Assembly (NCBI GenBank): GCA_964453635.1
Contig: CAYVSK010000004.1
Location: 1 to 40,019, forward strand
DNA from: an uncultured Weeksellaceae bacterium
Lineage (GTDB): Bacteria; Bacteroidota; Bacteroidia; Flavobacteriales_D; CAYVSK01
Direction of reading: 5' to 3'
DNA length: 40,019 bases
This document shows, piece after piece, positions 9,044-18,348 of the stretch; position 1 is the stretch's first letter, and every line of letters begins with the position of its first letter. The position numbers were made by a program, and so were the translations under genes. Under the pieces are notes generated by a model. It saw only the letters and a program-made list of their open reading frames with translations, had not been told where the DNA came from and searched no databases.

Positions 9044-9613
9044 ATGCCTATGGAAACTGCGAGATCATATTTAACTGGATTCCCGGTACTCGAGACCGAC
9101 CGTTTCATTCTTCGGGACCTGCGCCCCTCAGATACCGGCAACCTCATGGCGCTGCGGAACGATGAAAGAGTAAGCTCCTTTGTTTTCCGAGAGCCCTTCG
9201 GGAGCCTTGAAAAAGCGAGTGAGACCATCGACCGGACCCACCAAGCCTTTCGGGAAGGCAGCGGCTATTGTTGGGGCGGTGTCCTTAAAGAAGAGGAAGG
9301 GGACGAAGTGGTCGGGATCTGCTGGATCAATCGGATCGACAAGGCCAACGGCCGGGCCGAGATCGGTGGTGAGCTCGCGGTGGACCACTGGGGTCGGGAC
9401 TTGCCCCTTCATGCGATCCGCCGGGTGATCGATTACGGTTTTCAGGAGCTCGGGCTCCACAGCCTCGAGGCCCGGATCGTCCCGGGCAATCGAGGGGCCA
9501 TACGGGTCGTGGAAATGCTCGGCTTCGAGAAAGAAGGCCACTTACGGGAAGCCATAAAATACAACGGCAGATTCTACGACCAGAACATCTACTCCCTCCG
9601 GGCTGATGCCTGA
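9044..9613 (+). CDS. GNAT family N-acetyltransferase (RimJ/RimL type)
   Basis: FPVLETDRFILR, AEIG.EL...HWGR, N.GAIRVVEMLGFEKEGHLRE. Start is ATG 9044 or 9050. Confidence 0.88.
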   Translation: MPMETARSYLTGFPVLETDRFILRDLRPSDTGNLMALRNDERVSSFVFREPFGSLEKASETIDRTHQAFREGSGYCWGGVLKEEEGDEVVGICWINRIDKANGRAEIGGELAVDHWGRDLPLHAIRRVIDYGFQELGLHSLEARIVPGNRGAIRVVEMLGFEKEGHLREAIKYNGRFYDQNIYSLRADA

Positions 9614-9758
9614 ATAAAAAACCGGAACGTTAAGCCCTTTAAGGCGACCCGCTTGTAGCCAAGGGGTCATCCCACCTTCGATCCATCCTGTTGTATCCAT
9701 GAGTTCTCGGCTCGGATCTTTTTTCTTATCTTACCATCGAGGAAAAAAACGAGCGACC

Positions 9759-10358
9759 ATGATCTACGAGTTCAACGGCATCAAACCGGTGATCGACGAA
9801 AGCGCCTTCATCCACCCCCAGGCAGCAGTAACCGGGAACGTCATCATCGGAAAGGACGTTTATATAGGGCCGGGTGCCGCGATACGCGGTGACTGGGGAG
9901 AGATCATCATAGAGGACGGCTGCAATGTCCAGGAGAATTGTACCGTTCACATGTTCCCCGGCGTCACGGTCCACTTGAAGGAATCCGCTCATATCGGCCA
10001 TGGTGCAGTGATCCACGGCGCCACGATCGGTGAGAATGTCTTGGTGGGTATGAACGCCGTGGTCATGGACCGGGCGGTGATCGGCAGGAACTGCATCCTG
10101 GGAGCTCTATCCTTCCTGAAGGCCGACTCCGAGATCCCGGAACAGAAAATGGTAGTCGGCAACCCGGGCGAGGTCGTGAAGGATGTGAGCGAGGAGATGG
10201 TGGAATGGAAACGGGAGGGCACGCGCCTGTACCAGCAACTCCCCGCGGAATGTTACGAGACCCTCAAAGCCTGCGAACCCCTCAGAGAGGTCCCCAAAGA
10301 CCGGAAAAAACAAGAAAAGGTCTACAAGACCTGGAAGGAGAAGAAGTCCGAAAATTGA
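9759..10358 (+). CDS. paaY: Gamma-carbonic-anhydrase-like hexapeptide-repeat protein, PaaY/CaiE family
   Basis: MIYEFNGIKPVIDESAFIHPQA, IRGDWG, NVQENCTVH and HIGHGAVIHG; directly upstream of paaZ. Confidence 0.8.
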   Translation: MIYEFNGIKPVIDESAFIHPQAAVTGNVIIGKDVYIGPGAAIRGDWGEIIIEDGCNVQENCTVHMFPGVTVHLKESAHIGHGAVIHGATIGENVLVGMNAVVMDRAVIGRNCILGALSFLKADSEIPEQKMVVGNPGEVVKDVSEEMVEWKREGTRLYQQLPAECYETLKACEPLREVPKDRKKQEKVYKTWKEKKSEN

Positions 10359-10427
10359 AAGCGCCCCCCTTCCTTATCAGGATAATAAGGACTTGGCACC
10401 GGCAATAGCCATTCCCACCGGATCTTT

Positions 10428-10435
10428 TAATTTCG
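10428..10435 (+). promoter_or_regulatory. Putative -7 promoter element (TAATTTCG) for paaZ
   Basis: One mismatch to TAnnTTTG, about 46 nt upstream of the ATG, followed by an A/C-rich Bacteroidota-style translation initiation region. Confidence 0.45.
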
Positions 10436-10481
10436 GTGGCCCGCTGAGAACACCCCATATAACACCACAAAAAACACATCC

Positions 10482-12554
10482 ATGAAACTCAAGAGCTACG
10501 TCCAAGGGGAATGGACCGAAGGCGAGGGAGAGGGCAAGCCCCTCGTGAACGCCGCTACCGGTGAAGAGATCGCCAAAGCCACCTCGGAAGGACTGGACTA
10601 CAAAGGCATTCTCGACTACGCCCGGAACGTGGGCGGCCCCAAGTTGCGGGAGCTGACTTTTCACGAGCGCGGAAGGCGCCTCAAGGCCCTTGCCAAGTAC
10701 CTCGATGAGCACAAAAAGGAATATTACAAGTGGTCTTTTGCAACGGGGGCCACCAAAAGGGATTCCTGGCCAGACATTGACGGTGGGATCAGCACGGTCT
10801 TTGTGCTGGCGAGCAAAGCCCGCCGCGAATTGCCGGACAAGCCTTTTCTCGTGGAAGGCCATGAGGAGATGCTGTCCCAGAATGGAACCTTTCTCGGGCA
10901 ACATATCGCTGTTCCACTTCAAGGTGCGGCCCTCCACATAAATGCCTTTAATTTTCCCGTATGGGGCATGCTAGAAAAACTGGCCCCGACCATTATCGCC
11001 GGTGTACCGGCCATCATCAAACCCGCAACGGCCACCTCTTACCTCACCCAACGGGTATTCCAGGACATCATCGGATCCGGGATCCTTCCCGAAGGCTCGG
11101 CCCAGATCCTATGCGGGAGCACCGGCGACATGCTGGACCACCTGACCGGCCAGGACGTGGTAACCTTCACCGGGTCCGCATCAACGGGTAAGAAACTCCG
11201 CAGCAAGGATGTGATCAACGAAAATTCGGTCCGTTTCAACATGGAAGCGGACTCCCTCAATTGTTGCGTGCTCGGGCCCGACTCCACCCCCGATACGGAG
11301 GAGTTCAAGCTCTTCATCAAGGAGGTCAGCCGCGAAATGGTGGCAAAGGCCGGCCAGAAGTGTACCGCCATCCGGCGCACACTCGTTCCCGAGAATATGA
11401 CCGAAGACGTGATCAATGCCCTGACCGAGCGCCTCAGCCGGATCAAAATGGGCGACCCCAGCATGGAAGAAGTGAAAATGGGCCCCTTGGCCAGCCGGGA
11501 CCAGGTCGACGAGGTCAGCCAAAAGGTCGAGGAGCTCCTCAATTCCTGTGAGATCGCCTACGGCAGCAACAAAGGGGAATTCGACATCGTGGGCGGCGAT
11601 AAGGAAAAAGGAGCTTTCATGCCCTCCACTCTCCTCTATTGCGATGACCCCCTCAACAAGGAAGAACCCCACAACGTAGAGGCTTTCGGTCCGGTGAATA
11701 CGGTCATGCCCTACAAGGAGAACCAGGAGGCCATTGAACTGGCCAAACGGGGCCGGGGTAGTTTGGTCGGTTCCGTATTCACGGCCGACAATAATTTCGC
11801 CTCGCAGATGGTCATGGGCACGGCTGCTTACCACGGCCGCATGATGCTCATCAACAAGGAATCCGCCAAGGAATCCACGGGCCACGGGTCCCCCCTCGCC
11901 CACCTCGTTCACGGCGGCCCCGGACGGGCCGGTGGCGGCGAAGAACTCGGAGGCATCCGGAGCGTGCTCCATTTCATGCAACGCAGTGCCCTTCAGGGCC
12001 ATCCCGATACCCTCACCCACATTTGCGATCACTACATCGAAGGGGCGAAGCGACCCGAGGCCGAAAAACACCCCTTCCAACAGACCTTCAACGAACTCGA
12101 GGTCGGAGAGACCTACACCACCCACAAAAGGACAGTCACCGAGGCGGATATCGTGAACTTCGCCAATGTCAGCGGGGACAATTTCTATGCCCACGTTGAT
12201 GAAAGCTCCGTCGGTGGGGAGGACGACCTTTTCGAAGGACGCGTGGCGCACGGTTACTTTATCATGTCAGCGGCGGCCGGGATGTTCGTCGACCCGAAAA
12301 AAGGTCCGGTACTGGCCAATTACGGGATCGACGAGCTGCGCTTCACCAAGCCGGTCTATCCCGGGACGACCATCCAGTGTCAGCTGACCGTGAAGGACAA
12401 GTCCTGGAAGGAAAAGCGGGAAGAGGAGGAGATACCCCGCGGCGAGGTACGATGGCGCGTGGAAGTCACCGACGACGAAGGGGAAACGGTCATGCTCGCC
12501 ACCATCCTGACCCTGGTCAGAAGGGAGGAGGACCCGGACGAGGTGATCATCTGA
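10482..12554 (+). CDS. paaZ: Bifunctional oxepin-CoA hydrolase / 3-oxo-5,6-dehydrosuberyl-CoA semialdehyde dehydrogenase
   Basis: ALDH domain (HINAFNFPVWGMLEK, FTGSA, MEADSLN, GQKCTAIRR, EAFGPV, GHGSPL...HGGPGRAGGGEELGG) fused to a C-terminal MaoC hotdog domain (SGDNFYAH, VAHGYF, LANYG). Confidence 0.96.
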   Translation: MKLKSYVQGEWTEGEGEGKPLVNAATGEEIAKATSEGLDYKGILDYARNVGGPKLRELTFHERGRRLKALAKYLDEHKKEYYKWSFATGATKRDSWPDIDGGISTVFVLASKARRELPDKPFLVEGHEEMLSQNGTFLGQHIAVPLQGAALHINAFNFPVWGMLEKLAPTIIAGVPAIIKPATATSYLTQRVFQDIIGSGILPEGSAQILCGSTGDMLDHLTGQDVVTFTGSASTGKKLRSKDVINENSVRFNMEADSLNCCVLGPDSTPDTEEFKLFIKEVSREMVAKAGQKCTAIRRTLVPENMTEDVINALTERLSRIKMGDPSMEEVKMGPLASRDQVDEVSQKVEELLNSCEIAYGSNKGEFDIVGGDKEKGAFMPSTLLYCDDPLNKEEPHNVEAFGPVNTVMPYKENQEAIELAKRGRGSLVGSVFTADNNFASQMVMGTAAYHGRMMLINKESAKESTGHGSPLAHLVHGGPGRAGGGEELGGIRSVLHFMQRSALQGHPDTLTHICDHYIEGAKRPEAEKHPFQQTFNELEVGETYTTHKRTVTEADIVNFANVSGDNFYAHVDESSVGGEDDLFEGRVAHGYFIMSAAAGMFVDPKKGPVLANYGIDELRFTKPVYPGTTIQCQLTVKDKSWKEKREEEEIPRGEVRWRVEVTDDEGETVMLATILTLVRREEDPDEVII

Positions 12555-12644
12555 TCCGATCGCGGCGATCATTGCGCTCTCTTTGTCCGCCAGCGTTCTT
12601 TGCGTGGATCAGAACAGAAATTCAAAACGATCAAAACAAGACCC

Positions 12645-13421
12645 ATGGCTGAAGAAACACAAGTAGAAGGAAAGGTCGAGACCTCCATAGAGAACGGGAT
12701 CGGCACCGTATCCTTTTTCCACCCCAAGAGCAACGCACTACCCAGTAAGCTCCTTTCGGAGCTTGCGAACGCCATTACGGAACTCGGGCAGAACGACAAG
12801 GCGAAGGTCCTCCTTCTTAAAAGTGAAGGGGAAAAAGCTTTCTGTGCAGGCGCCTCATTTGACGAACTCGTCGCGATCGAGGACGAAACCGCCGGCAAGG
12901 AGTTCTTCATGGGCTTTGCCCGAGTGATAAACGCTGCCCGTAAGTGTCCCAAGCTGATCGTCGGCCGGGTCCAGGGCAAAGCGGTCGGCGGCGGCGTTGG
13001 CATGGCGGCGGCAACGGATTATTGCCTGGCGACGGAAAAGGCCAACATCAAGTTGAGCGAATTGGCGATCGGCATCGGCCCCTTCGTCGTGGGCCCTGCC
13101 GTGGAAAGAAAGATCGGCAGGGCCAACTTCAGCACCATGAGCCTCGATACGGCATGGCAGAGCGCCCAGTGGGCCAATGAAAAAGGCCTCTACGTGGATC
13201 TCTACTCCTCGATCGAAGAACTGGATGAGGCCGTTTCCGCCTTGACCAATAAACTGGCCGGATTCAACCCCGATGCCATGAAGGCCCTGAAACGCATATT
13301 CTGGGAAGGGACTGAGGATTGGGACAGCCTCCTTGAAGAACGAGCCGAAGAAAGCGGCCGATTGGTCCTCTCGGAACACACCAGAAAGGCGATCGAAAGC
13401 TTCAAGGCCGGGGCCCGGTAA
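12645..13421 (+). CDS. Enoyl-CoA hydratase/isomerase (crotonase) family protein
   Basis: AFCAGASF, VQGKAVGGGVG and LSELAIGIGPF. Start at ATG 12645. Confidence 0.9.
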   Translation: MAEETQVEGKVETSIENGIGTVSFFHPKSNALPSKLLSELANAITELGQNDKAKVLLLKSEGEKAFCAGASFDELVAIEDETAGKEFFMGFARVINAARKCPKLIVGRVQGKAVGGGVGMAAATDYCLATEKANIKLSELAIGIGPFVVGPAVERKIGRANFSTMSLDTAWQSAQWANEKGLYVDLYSSIEELDEAVSALTNKLAGFNPDAMKALKRIFWEGTEDWDSLLEERAEESGRLVLSEHTRKAIESFKAGAR

Positions 13422-13449
13422 AGAACCAAAAGATCACAAATTCCAACCC

Positions 13450-15561
13450 ATGGCCGGATCGACCGCTTCCAAAAAAAAGCCCACCAGTTCATCGGATAAG
13501 AGGATCGCAAAAAAGACCCTTCTCGAGGCTTGGGAAAAAATGTGCCAAGCCAAACGAATGGCCGAGGTCTACGAAGAGAACAAAGCCGAGACGAGCAAGT
13601 ACGTACACGCGACCTCACGCGGGCATGAAGCCATGCAACTGGCCCTGGCCCTCCAACTCCTCCCCCAGGATATGGTGGCTCCCTATTACCGGGACGATTC
13701 CATTCTCCTGGGTATCGGCATGACCCCCTACGAGCTCATCCTGCAGTTGCGAGCCAAACGGGACGACCCTTTCAGCGGAGGTCGGACCTACTACAGTCAT
13801 CCGAGCCTCAACCGGGACGACATGCCAAAGATCCCCCATCAATCCTCCGCGACCGGCATGCAGACCATTCCCATCACTGGCGCGGCCATGGGAGTCCAGT
13901 ACATGGAAACCCAGGGACTGGCCACCCATCACGGCAAGGACAAACCCGTGGTCGTTTGTTCTCTCGGGGATGCGGCCATAACGGAAGGAGAAATATCCGA
14001 AGCCTTCCAAATGGCGGTCCTCAAAGAAATGCCCATGCTTTATTTCATCCAGGACAATGAATGGGACATTTCGGCGAATGCCAAAGAGACCAGGGCGCAG
14101 GATGCCACCGAGTTCGCCCGGGGATTCAAGGGAATGGAAGTGCGCACGATCGAACAGGGGAACGATTTCTTCGAATGCTACCGAACACTCCGGGAGGTCA
14201 TGGAGACCATCCGAAAAGAACGAAGGCCTTTCTTGGTTCACGGCAAAGTCCCTCTCCTCGGCCACCACACATCCGGCGTGCGTAGTGAATGGTACCGGGA
14301 CGACCTCGAGGAACACCAACAGCGCGATCCCAACCCCAAGTTCCGCGAGCAGCTCCTCGAATACGGCATCGAGGAAAAAGAACTCGACCGGATCGAGAAA
14401 AAGGCCCGCGAACAGGTGGACGAGGAATATGAAAAAGCCGACAACGCCGAAGACCCGAGACCAGAGGACCTTTACGAGCACGATTTTGCTCCGACCCCCA
14501 TCACGGAAGAAAAAGGGGTTCGAGCCCCGGAAGGCAATGACCCAACAGTGATGGTCGATTCGGCCCTGATCGCCATGCGGGAGATCCTCAACGCGCATCC
14601 CGAAGCCCTTTTGTACGGCCAGGATGTGGGTGGACGCCTCGGGGGGGTGTTCAGAGAGGCGGCCACCCTCGCTCAGCAATTCGGCGACGAACGGGTCTTT
14701 AATACCCCCATTCAGGAAGCTTTCATCATTGGCAGTACGGTGGGCATGTCAGCTGCTGGAACACGACCCATTGTGGAAGTCCAGTTCGCAGACTACATCT
14801 GGCCCGGCCTCAACCAATTGTTCACGGAACTGAGCCGCTCCTACTACCTCTCGAACGGTAAGTGGAACGTGAATTCCGTGATACGTGTTCCATGCGGAGC
14901 TTATGGGAGTGGTGGACCCTACCATTCCTCAAGCGCGGAAACGGTCGTCACCAGCATTCACGGGGTCAAGGTCGCCTATCCTTCAACAGGTGCTGACCTC
15001 AAAGGCCTCCTGAAAGCGGCCTTTTACGACCCGAACCCGGTCGTCGTATTCGAACACAAAGGCTTGTACTGGTCCAAGAAAAAGGGCACCGAAGAGGCCA
15101 AGACCATCGTTCCCGACGAGGATTACGTCCTCCCCTTTGGCAAAGCCCGGATCGCCCTCGAGGCAGATGAAGGGACGATAAAAAGGGAAGCCACGCTGGC
15201 GGTGATCACCTATGGAATGGGCGTTTATTGGGCCAAAAATGCAGCTAAAGGGGACCTGGAAGGGAAAGTGGAGGTCATCGACCTGCGTTCCCTGATCCCT
15301 TGGGACGAAGAGACGGTTTTCGAGGCGGTGAGGAGACACAACCGTTGCCTCGTGGTCACCGAAGAACCGAGCGACCCCTCTTATGCCCGGTCCCTTTCCG
15401 GAAGGATCCAAAGGGCATGTTTCGAGGCACTCGACGCCCCCGTGGACCTGCTCGGTTCAGAGAACATGCCGGGAATTCCCCTGAACTCTACCCTGGAGGC
15501 CACCATGATCCCCAACGAGGAAAAGGTGGGAGAAAGGATCAGGGAACTCCTGGCCTATTGA
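13450..15561 (+). CDS. 2-oxoacid (branched-chain/aromatic) dehydrogenase E1, fused alpha-beta subunits
   Basis: TPP motif GDAAITEG...QDN, GHHTSG, then a beta part with GQDVG, RVFNTPIQE, EVQFADY, GPYHSSS, DPNPVVVFEHK and EVIDLRSL. Confidence 0.93.
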   Translation: MAGSTASKKKPTSSSDKRIAKKTLLEAWEKMCQAKRMAEVYEENKAETSKYVHATSRGHEAMQLALALQLLPQDMVAPYYRDDSILLGIGMTPYELILQLRAKRDDPFSGGRTYYSHPSLNRDDMPKIPHQSSATGMQTIPITGAAMGVQYMETQGLATHHGKDKPVVVCSLGDAAITEGEISEAFQMAVLKEMPMLYFIQDNEWDISANAKETRAQDATEFARGFKGMEVRTIEQGNDFFECYRTLREVMETIRKERRPFLVHGKVPLLGHHTSGVRSEWYRDDLEEHQQRDPNPKFREQLLEYGIEEKELDRIEKKAREQVDEEYEKADNAEDPRPEDLYEHDFAPTPITEEKGVRAPEGNDPTVMVDSALIAMREILNAHPEALLYGQDVGGRLGGVFREAATLAQQFGDERVFNTPIQEAFIIGSTVGMSAAGTRPIVEVQFADYIWPGLNQLFTELSRSYYLSNGKWNVNSVIRVPCGAYGSGGPYHSSSAETVVTSIHGVKVAYPSTGADLKGLLKAAFYDPNPVVVFEHKGLYWSKKKGTEEAKTIVPDEDYVLPFGKARIALEADEGTIKREATLAVITYGMGVYWAKNAAKGDLEGKVEVIDLRSLIPWDEETVFEAVRRHNRCLVVTEEPSDPSYARSLSGRIQRACFEALDAPVDLLGSENMPGIPLNSTLEATMIPNEEKVGERIRELLAY

Positions 15562-15574
15562 ACCCGGACCCGCT

Positions 15575-16924
15575 TTGACCGATCGCTGCAAAAAAAGCTA
15601 TCCCGCCCCCCATGGGCTCCCTTCTCTCGAGCGGATCCCAACCCGACCCCTCATCTACCTCAACAGTAATAACGACCATGATCCCTCCTTTATCGCTGCC
15701 GGTAAAGCAGAGGAGCTGAGAAAGGACAAAAGTGGCGAAGCGCTTTCAGAACTCCGAAACCAGCACAGGGATAAACCCGACTGGCTCTTCGGGTACTTGG
15801 GCTACGAGCTCAAGAACGAGATCGAAAGCCTCCCCTCGAACAATCCGGACCCGCTGGATTTTCCGGTCATGTACTTTTTCCGTCCGGCTTTTGTGGCCTG
15901 TTATCGGAATGGATCGGTCACCGTGGAGTTTTTACCGGAACAGATCGACGAAAAGACCCTGGATAAATATTTCGAGACCGGGACCCCTGCTGATCGCCCC
16001 CCGCCTCAAAAGAAAAAGAACTCGCAAGCTGCTACAGGGATCCGCGACCGAACCGGAGAAGCGCGCTACCTTCGGGACATACAGGCTCTTAAGGATCACA
16101 TCAAACAGGGGGATATTTACGAGGTCAACTATTGCCGTGAATTTTATATAGAGGGGATGTCTTTGGACCCCATCGCCACTTACAAAAACCTCAACCACCG
16201 GACAGAGGCCCCATTCTCCTGCTTTTTGGAATTCGGCGACCACAGCCTCATCTGTGGAAGCCCGGAACGATACTTGAAAAAAGCGGGATCACACATCCGC
16301 TCTCAACCGATCAAGGGAACGGCTCCCCGGGGAAAGACGGCGGAAGAAGACCGCAGCCTGGCAGAAAAACTCCGGAATGACCCGAAAGAACGTTCGGAGA
16401 ACGTGATGATCGTGGACCTGGTCCGCAACGATCTGAGCCGTATAGCCGAAAACGGATCGGTCAAAGTGGATGAGCTTTACGGGATCCATTCCTTTAAAAC
16501 GGTCCATCAAGGGATCTCTACGATATCCTGCAGAATGCGTCCGGAATTTCACTGGTCCGATGCGATAAGAGCTACCTTTCCGATGGGATCCATGACAGGA
16601 GCCCCTAAGATCCGGGCCATGGAACTCATCGACAAATTCGAACCCGTCGCCCGGGGGATCTTTTCAGGGGCTGTCGGATACATCACGCCGGCCGGAGACC
16701 TCGACCTGAACGTCGTCATCCGTAGCATCATGCACGACCGGCAGCAGCAGTACAGTTCCATGAAAGTGGGCGGGGCCATCACGGACCGTTCCGTCCCGGA
16801 AAAAGAACACGAGGAATGCCTGCTGAAAGCGGAGGCTTTGAAAAGTTCCCTGGTTTTGGGCAACGACAAAGAATCCCGGGATCAGCCGCTCAGAACAGAG
16901 ACTTCCGAGGATGACCTATTGTGA
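15575..16924 (+). CDS. pabB: Aminodeoxychorismate synthase component I
   Basis: Chorismate-binding domain: GDIYEVN, SPERY, PIKGT (PabB-type, where TrpE has PIAGT), SENVMIVDLVRNDL and FPMGSMTGAPKIRAM. TTG start uncertain. Confidence 0.87.
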   Translation: MTDRCKKSYPAPHGLPSLERIPTRPLIYLNSNNDHDPSFIAAGKAEELRKDKSGEALSELRNQHRDKPDWLFGYLGYELKNEIESLPSNNPDPLDFPVMYFFRPAFVACYRNGSVTVEFLPEQIDEKTLDKYFETGTPADRPPPQKKKNSQAATGIRDRTGEARYLRDIQALKDHIKQGDIYEVNYCREFYIEGMSLDPIATYKNLNHRTEAPFSCFLEFGDHSLICGSPERYLKKAGSHIRSQPIKGTAPRGKTAEEDRSLAEKLRNDPKERSENVMIVDLVRNDLSRIAENGSVKVDELYGIHSFKTVHQGISTISCRMRPEFHWSDAIRATFPMGSMTGAPKIRAMELIDKFEPVARGIFSGAVGYITPAGDLDLNVVIRSIMHDRQQQYSSMKVGGAITDRSVPEKEHEECLLKAEALKSSLVLGNDKESRDQPLRTETSEDDLL

Positions 16925-18258
16925 ACTTCGAGCAACTGACAAAGCATATTAAAAGCCTCATTCCTCCCGGAACACCCACACTTGCTGCCGTATCCGGCGG
17001 GATCGATTCGGTGGTCATGGTCGACATCCTCGACCGCTTGGATCATCCCATAACCCTTGCCCATTGCAATTTTCAGTTACGCGGGACGGAATCCGACAAG
17101 GATGAGCGCTTTGTCCACGAAATAGCCCAAGCCCGTGGATTGCCGGTCTTTATAGAGCAATTTGACACCAGAAAATACGCAAGGTCCCATCAATTGAGCA
17201 TCCAGGAAGCAGCGAGGACCCTTCGCTACGAATGGTTCCAAAAATTGGCCGAAAAAGAAGGTCTCGAGATGATCGCCGTGGCTCATCACAGGGACGATGC
17301 CATTGAGACATTTTTCATTAACCTGGTGAGGGGAACGGGAATTTCCGGCCTTAGTGGACTCCGGGAAAAGGAGGATCGGATCGTGAAACCTCTGCTCACC
17401 CTTTCCAAAGAAACGATCAAAAGCTACGCAAAAGACCGGGGCCTATCCTTCCGGGAGGACACGAGCAATTTGTCGCGAAATTATCTGAGGAACGCCATTC
17501 GCCAGGATGTGCTGCCTGCTTTGGATACCGTGGATGACCGGTTCAGGGCCAACATGCAACGGGCCCTTAAAAATCTCGGAATGGCCCGGAAAGTCTTGGA
17601 TGAGAAGCTCGAGGAAGAAAAACGGGAAGCCATTGAGCATAAGGGAGCCGAAACATTTACGATCGAGCTCCGGGTTTTGAAGCAAAAGGCCAGTCCCGGA
17701 TTCTATCTTTTTGAGTGGCTGTCACCACTCGGGTTCGACCCCAAGGTGATCGAACAACTGAGCGAGAACCTCGATGCGGCACCGGGACGGATTTACCATT
17801 CCCCCACTCACCGACTGATCGGCGACCGCGAAAAACTGCTCGTGGAACCCCATCCCACAGGTCAACCCGAACCGATCTGGATCCATTCATCCACCAGCTC
17901 CCTGAATACCCCCCTATCCTTAAGCTTCAAGTCCCTGGAAAAGCCTGCGCAGTACATCCCAGACCCGAACAATAACGTGGCCGAGCTCGACCAAGATCTT
18001 CTGACATTTCCCCTGAAGCTCCGCCCATGGGAGAAAGGGGACCATTTCCGCCCCCTCGGAATGGATAAAGGGAGCAAGAAGGTGAGCGACCTCCTCGTGG
18101 ACGAAAAGATCCCCCTCCCTGAGAAAGAAAGGACCTGGGTCCTGGAAAGCGATGGAGCCATTGCTTGGGTCATCGGTATTCGGATAGCAGACCCCTTCAA
18201 GGTAAGAAAAGGGACAAAAAGAATTCTGAGGATAGCGTATTTTTCCCCTTCAAATTGA
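16921..18258 (+). CDS. tilS: tRNA(Ile)-lysidine synthetase
   Basis: PP-loop AVSGGIDS, HCNFQLRG, ARTLRY, AHHRDDAIET, EDTSN...RNAIR and a C-terminal TilS-C domain. The GTG start overlaps the pabB stop (GTGA). Confidence 0.97.
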   Translation: MNFEQLTKHIKSLIPPGTPTLAAVSGGIDSVVMVDILDRLDHPITLAHCNFQLRGTESDKDERFVHEIAQARGLPVFIEQFDTRKYARSHQLSIQEAARTLRYEWFQKLAEKEGLEMIAVAHHRDDAIETFFINLVRGTGISGLSGLREKEDRIVKPLLTLSKETIKSYAKDRGLSFREDTSNLSRNYLRNAIRQDVLPALDTVDDRFRANMQRALKNLGMARKVLDEKLEEEKREAIEHKGAETFTIELRVLKQKASPGFYLFEWLSPLGFDPKVIEQLSENLDAAPGRIYHSPTHRLIGDREKLLVEPHPTGQPEPIWIHSSTSSLNTPLSLSFKSLEKPAQYIPDPNNNVAELDQDLLTFPLKLRPWEKGDHFRPLGMDKGSKKVSDLLVDEKIPLPEKERTWVLESDGAIAWVIGIRIADPFKVRKGTKRILRIAYFSPSN

Positions 18259-18348
18259 AACCCTGTTTTCCTTTTACTCGTTGACCATAGAAGAAAACGG
18301 GAGAGCAAGAAAATCGTCCGGGTTTTTTCTACCCCAGATCCTGCAATA

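Noticed and set aside
11181-14679. Minus-strand ORFs of 356 aa (11181-12251) and 354 aa (13615-14679)
   Set aside because: Antisense shadows of paaZ and the E1 gene.
15575-16924. Alternative call as anthranilate synthase TrpE, and a possible frameshift at the A-run near 15590
   Set aside because: The PIKGT motif and lack of trp genes favour PabB. The frame is open and of normal length.
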